From Gemmatimonadales bacterium (GTDB lineage Bacteria > Gemmatimonadota > Gemmatimonadetes > Gemmatimonadales > GWC2-71-9), in the NCBI GenBank assembly GCA_033853695.1, contig JAWOLH010000023.1, forward strand, positions 22,215 to 86,214: 64,000 nt of DNA, given 5' to 3'. A program made the position numbers and the translations under genes. This document shows, in pieces, positions 29,288-38,272 of the stretch. The notes beneath the pieces were generated by a model. It saw only the letters and a list, made by a program, of their open reading frames with translations. It searched no databases and had not been told where the DNA came from. Position 1 is the first letter of the stretch, and each line of letters begins with the position of its first letter.

Positions 29288-30319
29288 TTACCGCCAGCGG
29301 AAGACCTTCACCGCCACGCCGAAGCTCACGAGCCCCCAGACGCAGACGATCGCGATCGAGGGGCTCACGCGCGTCAGCGCCGCGCCGTCGATCATCACCG
29401 CGCGTAGCGCGTCGTTCAACGCCGTCAGCGGCAGCGCCCTGACGAACGGCTGCATGGCGTCGGGAAACCGGGCATACGAGAAGAATGTCCCCGACAGAAT
29501 CCACATCGGCAGCATCACGAGGTTCATGAGCCCCGAGACTGCCTCCACCGTCCTTGCCCGGCTCGCGACAAGCAGCCCCAATCCCGAGAACGAGAACGCG
29601 CCGAGCAGCACGACGGTCGTGAGACCCGCCAGCGTGCCATGGACGCCGACGCGGAACACCCACCACCCGAACCCGATCAGCGCGCCGACCTCGACGACGA
29701 GGAACACGAGGCGCGACAGAACGTAGCTGAGGAGGTATTCGCTCTTCTTCATCGGTGTCGCGAGAAACCGCTTCAGCAGGCCCTTGGTCCTCGCCTGCAC
29801 GACCGAAAACCCCACGCCCCACAGGCCGCTGCCCATCAGATTCATCCCGAGGAGCCCGGGAATCAGGAAGTCGATGTAGCGCGACCCCTGCTCGACCACG
29901 CGATCGTCGCGTACCACCACCGGATCGGCCCGCCCCCGGGCACGCTGCAGCGCCTCATCGACCTCGAGTCGAGCGAGGCGACTCTCCGTGCGGGTCGAAT
30001 CGTAGCGATAGGTGAGCGGCTCACCCGGAACGACGAGCAGGGCGATCCGCCCCGTGCGCAGCTCGGCCCGCGCCTCGGGGCTGTCGAGCACAGCGGCCGA
30101 AAGGCCCGGAGCGGAATCGAGCACACGCGCGGCGACGCTGTCCCCAGGCCCGCGCTCCACACCCACCCGTAGCTCGCCCGGTCCGCGATTCTTGAACGCG
30201 ATGCCCAGGGCGAAGGCGAGGACGATCGGGAAGCCGAACACCCAGAAGATCGCCTCGGGCTCCCGGTAGAATCCGCGCACCCAGGCGAGTGTCAGCTGGA
30301 CGAGCGAGCGCTCAGTCAT
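29288..30319 (-). CDS. ABC-2 type exporter permease
   Basis: REPEAIFWVFGFP, RYIDFLIPGLLGM, LKRFLATP and LSGTFF. Confidence 0.9.
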   Translation of the reverse strand: MTERSLVQLTLAWVRGFYREPEAIFWVFGFPIVLAFALGIAFKNRGPGELRVGVERGPGDSVAARVLDSAPGLSAAVLDSPEARAELRTGRIALLVVPGEPLTYRYDSTRTESRLARLEVDEALQRARGRADPVVVRDDRVVEQGSRYIDFLIPGLLGMNLMGSGLWGVGFSVVQARTKGLLKRFLATPMKKSEYLLSYVLSRLVFLVVEVGALIGFGWWVFRVGVHGTLAGLTTVVLLGAFSFSGLGLLVASRARTVEAVSGLMNLVMLPMWILSGTFFSYARFPDAMQPFVRALPLTALNDALRAVMIDGAALTRVSPSIAIVCVWGLVSFGVAVKVFRWR

Positions 30320-31259
30320 CGCGGATGTGGCGCCCGGTGAGGGACACAAATACGTCCTCCAGCGACGCGTGATGCGTCGTGAGCGAAGCGAGGTGGTGTC
30401 CGCGCCGCTCGAGCAGACCCATCACGGCAGGCAGGGCCTGATGCAGCTCGGTGACGGTGAGGGAGAAGAGCCCGTCTTGCTGTCGCAGGGCCTGGACCCC
30501 GGTCAGGGCGCCGAGATCGGCATCGAGGCCCTCTCCGGGCTCAGCCAGCGTGAACTCGACGACGTGCTCCGCGCCGAGGCTCGCGATCAGCTCACGCGGG
30601 GAGCCGAGCGCGATCACCTTGCCATGATCGAGAATCGCGACCCGGTCGCACAACCGCTCCGCCTCTTCCATGTAATGGGTGGTGAGCAACACCGTGTTGC
30701 CGCGCGCGCGGAACGTCTCGATCACGTCCCACAACTGCCGGCGCGACTGTGGATCGAGGCCCGTCGTCGGCTCGTCGAGGAACAGGAGCTCGGGTCGGTT
30801 GACCAGCGCGCAGGCGACGGCGAGCCGCTGCTTCTGCCCACCCGACAACTTGCTGTACCACGCCCGGCGCTTCTCGCCCAGCTCCACCAGCGCCATGACG
30901 TCTTCGACGTCTTGGGCCTGCCGGTAGAAGCTCGCGAACAAGCGGATCGTTTCTTCGACAGAGAGCTTTTCGGGAAGCTTCGTTTCCTGCAGCTGGATGC
31001 CGAGCCGCTCGCGCAACCGCCGATCCGATGCGCCCCCGGTCCACCGCTCCCCCAGCACCTCGACGGCCCCCGCATCGGCGGGCGTCAGGCCCTCGAGGAT
31101 TTCGACGGTCGTCGTCTTCCCCGCCCCGTTCGGACCGAGCAACCCGAAGCACTCGCCCGCCTGGACTACGAGGTCGAGCCCGGCGACCGCAGTGAGCTCG
31201 CCATAGCGCTTCACGAGGCCGGCGCAGCGCACCGCCGGAGGCCGCGCTGCCGCCGTCAC
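30312..31259 (-). CDS. ABC exporter ATP-binding protein
   Basis: GPNGAGKTT, LSGGQKQR, LFLDEPTTGLD and TTHYMEEAE. Confidence 0.95.
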   Translation of the reverse strand: MTAAARPPAVRCAGLVKRYGELTAVAGLDLVVQAGECFGLLGPNGAGKTTTVEILEGLTPADAGAVEVLGERWTGGASDRRLRERLGIQLQETKLPEKLSVEETIRLFASFYRQAQDVEDVMALVELGEKRRAWYSKLSGGQKQRLAVACALVNRPELLFLDEPTTGLDPQSRRQLWDVIETFRARGNTVLLTTHYMEEAERLCDRVAILDHGKVIALGSPRELIASLGAEHVVEFTLAEPGEGLDADLGALTGVQALRQQDGLFSLTVTELHQALPAVMGLLERRGHHLASLTTHHASLEDVFVSLTGRHIRDD

Positions 31260-31630
31260 GTAGAGTCCCGCTTATCCTCGATGGGGGTCTGGGCCTGCAC
31301 GAGGGCCCGGTCGAGTTGGAACGCCAGGCTCGCCACGCCATCCTTCAACCCGCGAATCTTCATCAAGAGGCCGGTCGAGCGGTTCGCCATCGTGGCGAGG
31401 CCGCCCGCGACGTCCGCGACTGTTCCGATGTTCGCCCCGATGGCGCGCTGGCGCATCCGGGAGAGCTCGCGCGCGATCCGGGCGCACATCTCCTGGAGGA
31501 CCTGGGGACGCGCCGCACGATTCGCTTCCAGCTCCCCCACCAGCTTCTTGACCAGGTCCACGGTCTTCAGAAACCCGGTGATCTGGTCGATACGCTGCAG
31601 CTGAATCGGGGTCAGCTTCGCTTCGGCCAT
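31256..31630 (-). CDS. Hypothetical all-helical protein
   Basis: 124 aa ATG ORF with normal composition and a GTGA overlap with the ABC ATPase gene. Confidence 0.7.
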   Translation of the reverse strand: MAEAKLTPIQLQRIDQITGFLKTVDLVKKLVGELEANRAARPQVLQEMCARIARELSRMRQRAIGANIGTVADVAGGLATMANRSTGLLMKIRGLKDGVASLAFQLDRALVQAQTPIEDKRDST

Positions 31631-31644
31631 GGGAAAAGAAGATA

Positions 31645-31672
31645 TTGCGTATCCCGGGCCGTGTAGTAGGAT
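31645..31672 (+). promoter_or_regulatory. Putative sigma70 promoter for a candidate small RNA
   Basis: TTGCGT (31645-31650), 16 nt spacer, TAGGAT (31667-31672); no plus-strand protein gene follows. Confidence 0.4.
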
Positions 31673-31678
31673 TGAGTG

Positions 31679-31775
31679 GGTGGTGTGGGGGTTGAGGCAC
31701 GTGTACGTGGTGACGCGGCGTCCGTCCCTTTACTGGCGCGCACCAAGTATAGTGCCGCACCCCCACACTCTTTTT
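31679..31775 (+). ncRNA. Candidate ~95 nt long-hairpin small RNA (unassigned family)
   Basis: Nested complementary arms GTGTGGGGG/CCCCCACAC, GGCAC/GTGCC, TGTAC/GTATA, TGGTG/CACCA and CGCG/CGCG around a C/T-rich loop, followed by TCTTTTT. Confidence 0.45.
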
Positions 31776-31853
31776 CGTCGGCCCTTCCTGCGCGATCTAC
31801 TCCGTCCCCTGATCCAGCCCCGTTCCAGCGGCCGCACGTCGCACGTCAGGACG

Positions 31854-33440
31854 TCACCGCGTGTCGATGGCCTCGGAGAGCACGCGGCCGTCGACGACCG
31901 ACAACGGCGACAGCCCGAGGATGCGTGCCAGCGTGGGGGCGATGTCCACCGTATTGACGCGATCGCCGTAGATGCCGGTGCGCAGCCCGGCGCCCCACAA
32001 GATGAGGGGAACGTGCGCATCGATATCCGTCGGCTGCCCGTGCTCGGCGATCTGGAGCCCGCCCCCGTACGCCCACGCATTCCAGTCAGCCAGCGTCACC
32101 ACCAGCGCTATCCCTGCGTCGGGCGCAATCTCGTGGCGCCAGCGCCGGGCGATCGGGTCCTCGGTGGTGTCGGCGGCGGCAATGGCGGCGGGTGTATCCA
32201 CGCGCGCGACGCCCGATACGGCCCGGATGCGGCGCGCGACCTGATCGATGATGCTGTCGGGTCGGAACCCCATGGCGGCGAGACGGCCATTGTCACGCAA
32301 GAACAGGAGGCCCGTGTCGAACTCGAACCAGTCGCGTGGCGCCGTCGAGCCGGTCTCGTGATCGAGCAGCTGGTTCACCGCCGTCACGAGGGTATCGATG
32401 CTCACAAACTGGGCCTGCGCGTGCCCATGCAGACGAGAGAAATCCGGATACGACGTCACGCCGTGATCGGAGGTGAGCACGATGAGCAGCTTGTCCCGGC
32501 CGTAGCGGTCGAACAACCGGTCGAGAAACCACCCGAGATAGCGATCGAGCCGCAGGACTTGATCATGGATCTCGCGAGAATCGGGACCGTAGGCATGTCC
32601 GATGGCATCGGTCGTGGACAGACTCACGGCGAGCAGGTCGGTCACACTGCCGCGACCGAGCCGCATCGCCTCGGCTCCCGCGAGGGCGAACGCGAGAGTG
32701 AGCGAATCCATCGACGACATGGCGGGATACAACAGGGCCGCCCGTCCGCTGTCGGTGGGCAGGTGATGCGGAAAGGTGACGTCGTGACCGAAGTTCTCCC
32801 ACGGTTCGCTGTCGGGCTCGGCGTAGGCCGTGTCGGGCAGTAGCAGGCGGTACTCGTGCCCGGCCGCTTTGAACGGGATGGCCAATGCGTCGAAGGCACG
32901 TACCCAGGTGGGGAGCGTGTCGCGATAGTACGTACTGGTCGTGAAGATGCCGGACTGATACCAGTACACGTCCTGTCGCGCCGTGCCGATCGGGAGGATC
33001 GCGCCGCGGTCCTTGCGTGACACCGAGAGCGCCCGGCTCGCGGGCTCGGCGGCGTGCAGCCAATCGAACAGCGCCGTACCGTGGAACCGCCACGGCGACG
33101 CGCCGGGATCGCCGGTTACGAGGAGCTTGGTAGTGGTGTCGGTCACACCGAGTGGGTTGGTGAGAATCCCGGTATGGGCCGGCCACCGGCCCGACAGGAT
33201 GGTCGAATGCCCGGGAGCGGTCTCAGTGACCCCGTGATCCTCGAATGCATTGGTGAACACGGCGCCGGACTGCAGCAAGCGGAAACCGCCTGTGAGCTGG
33301 CCGCGCCAGCGGGTCAGATAATCGGCGCGCATCTGATCCACCGTGATTACGACGACGAGTTTGGGCTTCACGGGATCGGGATCGCCCCGGTGACCGGGGA
33401 GACCGGCGCAGAGAGACAGAACGGCGGCGATGATGGTCAT
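31854..33440 (-). CDS. Alkaline phosphatase family protein (PafA/PhoV-like)
   Basis: VVITVDQMRADY, TETAPGH (Thr nucleophile), SRKDRGAILP, DAIGHAYGP, TSDHG and EHG; signal peptide. Confidence 0.92.
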   Translation of the reverse strand: MTIIAAVLSLCAGLPGHRGDPDPVKPKLVVVITVDQMRADYLTRWRGQLTGGFRLLQSGAVFTNAFEDHGVTETAPGHSTILSGRWPAHTGILTNPLGVTDTTTKLLVTGDPGASPWRFHGTALFDWLHAAEPASRALSVSRKDRGAILPIGTARQDVYWYQSGIFTTSTYYRDTLPTWVRAFDALAIPFKAAGHEYRLLLPDTAYAEPDSEPWENFGHDVTFPHHLPTDSGRAALLYPAMSSMDSLTLAFALAGAEAMRLGRGSVTDLLAVSLSTTDAIGHAYGPDSREIHDQVLRLDRYLGWFLDRLFDRYGRDKLLIVLTSDHGVTSYPDFSRLHGHAQAQFVSIDTLVTAVNQLLDHETGSTAPRDWFEFDTGLLFLRDNGRLAAMGFRPDSIIDQVARRIRAVSGVARVDTPAAIAAADTTEDPIARRWRHEIAPDAGIALVVTLADWNAWAYGGGLQIAEHGQPTDIDAHVPLILWGAGLRTGIYGDRVNTVDIAPTLARILGLSPLSVVDGRVLSEAIDTR

Positions 33441-33449
33441 GCTGGAAAG

Positions 33450-34658
33450 CTAAGGCGAAGCCGCAGCTTCGGGGACGGGGGTACCGTGCCGCACACGCCA
33501 CGAGAGCCCGAGCACGACGGCGACGATCAGGGCGGCGATCCAGAACGGGACGCCGTGTCCGAACACCTGGTACACCACCGTCGCCCCGATCGGCCCGATG
33601 ATGCTCATGATCCCGCGAAACGTCTGTTGTACCCCCATCGTGAGCCCCAGCTCGTGCTGCTCCGTCCGCTGGCTCACGAGCGATGAGGTGGCGGGGAAGA
33701 GAAACGCGGTGCCGCCGGGAACCAGCAACAGGCATAGTACGAATACCGGAAACACCTTCGGGAGCGGCAGCAGTAACAGCCCCACGACAAGCAGGAAGGC
33801 GCCGACCCGCAGCGTGCGCACCTCGCCGATCGCGGCATTGAGCCAGCCGACCGGCCCCACCCGCAGCACGAAGCCGACCACACTGAACACGGTATAGACG
33901 AAGCCGACGTTCTTCTCCGTGAATCCGAAGGTGTCGATCAGGTAGAGCGACATCACCCCGATCACCACGTTGAGCGCCAGCATGCCGACGGCGTAGATCC
34001 AGATCATCTCCGACACCGGACGACCGGGATGGCGCACCACTTCCCACAACGCGTTCGCGATCGGTCGCTCGCGCGGCGCCACGAAGCCGCCATTCGCGGT
34101 CGCGACCTCGGGCCGCGGCACGCGCGACTCGGGTAGCCAGCGCCAGGCGAAGACGATGTTCACGAGGCAGAGACCCGCCGCGACGAGCCCCGGTGCGGCC
34201 GGGCCCAGGTTGGCGGCCAGGGAGCCGAGGACCGCTCCGATGCTCACGCCCGCGCTGGTCGCCGCCGACAGCCATCCCAGCGCCTTGGCGCGCTCACTCG
34301 GCTCCATGGTGTCCGCGACATACGCCTGCGCCACACCGGTCGTCCCCCCCCCGAGCCCCTGTACTGTGCGACACACGAACAGCAACCAGAGGCTGCGGGC
34401 GAATCCGAAGACGAGATAGGCGAAAAACGCCCCGGACAACCCCGCGAGCAACGCGGGCCGCCGGCCATACCGGTCGGAGACCCGACCCCAGATCGGTGAG
34501 GACAGGAGCTGCGCGATTGCGAACGCCGAGAACAGCACCCCGATGACCCAATCGGGAGCCCCGAAACGGCGGGCGTACGGCGCGAGCAGCGGGGCGATGA
34601 TCATCAAGCCGATCATGTCCACGAAGCAGACGGCGATCAGCAGCCACAGCCGCTTCAT
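33450..34658 (-). CDS. MFS transporter (TetA/DHA1-like)
   Basis: GRVSDRYGRRP motif A, WLPES and about 12 TM segments; start MKRLWLL at 34658. Confidence 0.9.
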   Translation of the reverse strand: MKRLWLLIAVCFVDMIGLMIIAPLLAPYARRFGAPDWVIGVLFSAFAIAQLLSSPIWGRVSDRYGRRPALLAGLSGAFFAYLVFGFARSLWLLFVCRTVQGLGGGTTGVAQAYVADTMEPSERAKALGWLSAATSAGVSIGAVLGSLAANLGPAAPGLVAAGLCLVNIVFAWRWLPESRVPRPEVATANGGFVAPRERPIANALWEVVRHPGRPVSEMIWIYAVGMLALNVVIGVMSLYLIDTFGFTEKNVGFVYTVFSVVGFVLRVGPVGWLNAAIGEVRTLRVGAFLLVVGLLLLPLPKVFPVFVLCLLLVPGGTAFLFPATSSLVSQRTEQHELGLTMGVQQTFRGIMSIIGPIGATVVYQVFGHGVPFWIAALIVAVVLGLSWRVRHGTPVPEAAASP

Positions 34659-36283
34659 CGTCTCGCTCCGATGCCGAGCACCAGCGCGCTGGCGACCATC
34701 AACACGACGCCGAATGCCGCCGCGACCCCGATCTCGTTCACCCGCAGCGCGGCGTTGATCTCCATCGAGATCGGCCGGTTGCGATACGTGTACAGGAGGA
34801 TCGACGTCACGAAGTCGCCCAACGCACCGACAAATGCGAGGCTCGCCCCGGCCGCGAGCGCGGGCTTGAGCTGCGGTAACGTCACGCGGCGCAGCGTGCG
34901 CCACGGCCCCGCTCCGAGACTCGCCGCGGCCTCCTCGAGCGTCGGGTCGAGCTGGCGAAACCCCGCGAGAATCGCGCGACCCGTCACCGGCAATCCGCGC
35001 ACCAGGTAGGCGAGCGGCAGGATCAGGACACTCCCCACGAGAATCCAGCGCAGGGCGAGCGGAGCGGACACGCTGAACGCCGTCGCCAGCGCGACGGCGA
35101 AGACCGTTCCGGGAAGCGCCCACGGGATGGCGAGCATCCCCTCGATCCAGCCACGCAGCCGGACGCGGCGGCGCACGACCAGCCACCCGGAGGCGAGCGC
35201 CACCGCAACGGCCCCGGTCGTGCTGGCGAGCGCCATCCAGAAGGAGTTGAGGAGCGGCTCCAATCGTTCCGGCTCGGAGAACAGGCGACGATAGTTGTCG
35301 AGCGCGAGGACGGGAGGCAAGGTCTGCGTGGTCCAGGTCGCGTAGGGAACGAGAGAGACGAGGATCAGCGTGAGGTGAGGCAGGAGCAGCGAGACGGCGA
35401 GCCCCCACCCGGCGAGCGTCGCCGCCACGCGTACCAGGGGCCGGCGCAGCATCCGGCGGCGCGGCGCAGTCCCCTTCCCGAGACCAACGAGGATCGCCTC
35501 GCCCTCCGTGCGCCGCAACAGCACGAGGCCCAGCAGCGCGACGAGCGCGAGCGCCATCGTTTCGACGGTCGCCAGCCCCAGCTCCCCATTCTGCTTCGAG
35601 GCGAAGATCTGCGTCGTCATGACGCGAAAGCCGCCCCCGAACACGTACGGCGCGCTGAACGAGCCAAGCGAGGTCATGAAGGTCAGCAACGCCGCGCCGG
35701 CGAGCGACGGGCGGAGCAGCGGCAGCACCACGCGCCCGAGCGTGCGCAGCCGGCCGGCCCCGAGCGCCTGGGCCGCCTCAAGCATCGCGGCATCGAGCCG
35801 GGCAAGCCCCGCGCGGGCGAAAAGATAGAAATAGACGTACATCGAATAGGCGTGGACGAGGAGAATCGCTCCCGCCCCCTGAAGCCGCCACGGCGACTGT
35901 GACAGCCCGAGGAGCGATTGCAGGAACCGCGCGACGAACCCCGACTCCCCATAGAGAAACAGAAAGGCGATGACCCCGACGAACGGCGGCAGCACGGCCG
36001 GGAGCGCGATCAGCGCGCCCAGAAGCTTCCGCCCCGGAAACTCGAACCACTCGAACAGGAAAGCCAGCGGCACGCCGACGAGTGCGGCCAGGGCCACGCT
36101 CGCCAGTGAAATCCAGACGCTGGCCCACAGCGCGCTCCATTCGCCCGCGCGGGTCGCGAAGCTCCGCAGCGCATCGCCGTGCAACCCGTCGAGAACGAGC
36201 AGCACGATCGGATAGAGGACGAGCCACGTCAGGAGCACGGCCAGGACGAGCGCCGCCGCGCCACCGCGCGGGCGCCGCGTCAT
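34655..36283 (-). CDS. Fe3+/thiamine/sugar-phosphate-type ABC permease (FbpB-like, duplicated)
   Basis: Two EAA loops (LEAAQALGA and LEEAAASLGA). Confidence 0.92.
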   Translation of the reverse strand: MTRRPRGGAAALVLAVLLTWLVLYPIVLLVLDGLHGDALRSFATRAGEWSALWASVWISLASVALAALVGVPLAFLFEWFEFPGRKLLGALIALPAVLPPFVGVIAFLFLYGESGFVARFLQSLLGLSQSPWRLQGAGAILLVHAYSMYVYFYLFARAGLARLDAAMLEAAQALGAGRLRTLGRVVLPLLRPSLAGAALLTFMTSLGSFSAPYVFGGGFRVMTTQIFASKQNGELGLATVETMALALVALLGLVLLRRTEGEAILVGLGKGTAPRRRMLRRPLVRVAATLAGWGLAVSLLLPHLTLILVSLVPYATWTTQTLPPVLALDNYRRLFSEPERLEPLLNSFWMALASTTGAVAVALASGWLVVRRRVRLRGWIEGMLAIPWALPGTVFAVALATAFSVSAPLALRWILVGSVLILPLAYLVRGLPVTGRAILAGFRQLDPTLEEAAASLGAGPWRTLRRVTLPQLKPALAAGASLAFVGALGDFVTSILLYTYRNRPISMEINAALRVNEIGVAAAFGVVLMVASALVLGIGARR

Positions 36284-37263
36284 CTCACCGGCTCGGAGAA
36301 ACGCAGCGTCCGGCCGGCGCCGACGGACACGTGGTCCCCGACCCGCGCCGCGTCAGGGGCCGCCTCGATCTCGAGCCGCTCGCCGCTCTCGATCGCAACC
36401 GTGAAGAACGCCGTGGACCCCGTGTACCGCCGCTCCGCGACGATCCCCTTCAGTCCATTGGCGCCGAAGCGCAGTTGCTCGGGACGGACGAGCACGACCT
36501 GCGCTGCCGCCGCTCCCAGCGCGCGCGCGGCCGCTCCACGCAACACATTCGCACGCCCCACGAACATCCCCACGAAGAGACTCGCGGGTCGTTCATAGAG
36601 ATCCTCCGGCGTGCCGACCTGCTCGAGCCGGCCCGCCTGCAGCACCGCGATCCGGTCTCCCAGATCGAACGCCTCTTCCTGCTCGTGCGTCACGAACACG
36701 GCGGTGATGCCGATCCGCTTCACGAGCTGCCTCAGCTCGCGCCGGGTCCGCTCGCGCAGCGAGGGATCGAGGTTGGACAGAGGCTCATCGAGCGCCAGCA
36801 CCCGTGGCGCGGGAGCGAGCGCCCGCGCCAGCGCCACCCGCTGCTGCTGGCCCCCCGAGAGCTCGTGGACCTTGCGCCGCTCGAATCCCGCCAGATCGAC
36901 GAGCGCGAGAGCGTCCCGCACTTTGCCGTCGACCGTGGCCCGCTCTCCACTTCCCGCGAGACCGAACGCCACGTTCTCGCCGACGTCCAGGTGGGGGAAC
37001 AACGCGTAGTGCTGGAACACCATCCCGACGCGGCGTCGCGCCGGCGGGACCGCCGTCACGTTTTCGCCTTCGATCGCGACCCGCCCGGCGTCGGGGCGCT
37101 CGAACCCGGCGAGCATCCGCAGCAACGTCGTCTTCCCGCTCCCCGAAGGCCCGAGCAGAGCCAGGATCTCACCGCGCGCGATGTCGAGCGAAACGGGACC
37201 GATCGTGACGGTGTCGCTGAACTGGACGCGGAGCTGATCGAGGGTGAGGAAGTCAGCGGCCAC
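36280..37263 (-). CDS. ABC transporter ATP-binding protein (FbpC/PotA-like)
   Basis: [36 protein letters not shown] and C-terminal TOBE-like region. Confidence 0.95.
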   Translation of the reverse strand: MAADFLTLDQLRVQFSDTVTIGPVSLDIARGEILALLGPSGSGKTTLLRMLAGFERPDAGRVAIEGENVTAVPPARRRVGMVFQHYALFPHLDVGENVAFGLAGSGERATVDGKVRDALALVDLAGFERRKVHELSGGQQQRVALARALAPAPRVLALDEPLSNLDPSLRERTRRELRQLVKRIGITAVFVTHEQEEAFDLGDRIAVLQAGRLEQVGTPEDLYERPASLFVGMFVGRANVLRGAAARALGAAAAQVVLVRPEQLRFGANGLKGIVAERRYTGSTAFFTVAIESGERLEIEAAPDAARVGDHVSVGAGRTLRFSEPVR

Positions 37264-38272
37264 CCTTCCCCCGCACCTGACTATCCCAGTAGGTCATCCA
37301 TGACGGGCCCCGGCGGGCAAGCAGGTCCCAATCCATGTCCGCCTCGACCATGTGGGCCCGCACGTCGCGCGCCCAGGCGGGCAACGAATCGACGGGCAGA
37401 TCGCTGCGGGCGGGAAGGCGATAGACCTCCCGGGCCGTCAGCAACTGGACCTCCGCCGTCCCCACCCATGCGACGAAGGCGCGCGCCGCGGCTTCGTGCG
37501 GGGCGTTGCGGATCACGCCGATCCCGTCTTCGATCACGGGCGTCCCGCTGCGGGGGAACACATAGCCGAGCGGCAACCCCTCGCGCGTGCTGAGCTGGAT
37601 ATCAGGGAGATCCCAAATCGTGACCAACCCTTCCTGGCGCACGATCTTCTGGTCGAGCAGCGGCCCGTTCAGGACGTATTCCTTGGTTTGCGCGTCGAGC
37701 CGGCGCAGCCACGCGAATCCCGCGCCGGTATCGCCGGTCTGCTTCAGGCTGCGCTCGATGATCATCCCCCACACGGCGCGCATCGTGCCCGAAGCGATCG
37801 GATCGCGGATCAGGATCTTGCCGCGCCATTTCGGATCGAGCAGCGCGTCCCAATCCTGCGGTGCGTCGTTCGGCTTCACCGCTTGCGCGGCATAGACGAT
37901 CACCGCCGGCGTCTGGTAGCACGAGAAATAGAAATCCCCCGACCCTCGCCCATGCGGCGGAATGGCGTCCGCCCAGGCGGGCCGGAACGCTTCCAGCAAC
38001 GAATCGCGGGCGCCCATCGCGAAGATCGTCCCCGGGCCGCCGAACCAGACGTCACCCTGGGGATTGGCGCGCTCGGACCGGACCCGGTCGTAGACCTCCT
38101 GCGATCCCATGTCGAGCCAGCGGATGTCGATGTCGGGATGGAGCTGCTCGTAGCGGGTCTTGAGGAGGGTCAACAGATCACGGCCATGCGGTGTGTAGAT
38201 GACCAGGGGCGTCCTTCCGGCTCCGGTACACGCCGCGAGCAGCAGCACACCGACCACGCCCCTACGGAACAT
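37253..38272 (-). CDS. Extracellular solute-binding lipoprotein (FbpA/AfuA-like)
   Basis: Lipobox LAAC, ERANPQGDVWFGG and PQDWDALLDPKWRGKI..DPIASGT. Confidence 0.9.
   Translation of the reverse strand: MFRRGVVGVLLLAACTGAGRTPLVIYTPHGRDLLTLLKTRYEQLHPDIDIRWLDMGSQEVYDRVRSERANPQGDVWFGGPGTIFAMGARDSLLEAFRPAWADAIPPHGRGSGDFYFSCYQTPAVIVYAAQAVKPNDAPQDWDALLDPKWRGKILIRDPIASGTMRAVWGMIIERSLKQTGDTGAGFAWLRRLDAQTKEYVLNGPLLDQKIVRQEGLVTIWDLPDIQLSTREGLPLGYVFPRSGTPVIEDGIGVIRNAPHEAAARAFVAWVGTAEVQLLTAREVYRLPARSDLPVDSLPAWARDVRAHMVEADMDWDLLARRGPSWMTYWDSQVRGKGGR

Noticed and set aside
31679-31775. Hairpin as SRP (4.5S) RNA, 6S RNA or tRNA
   Set aside because: No SRP domain IV tetraloop motif, too short and without a clear central bubble for 6S, and no cloverleaf or TTCGA arm; left unassigned.
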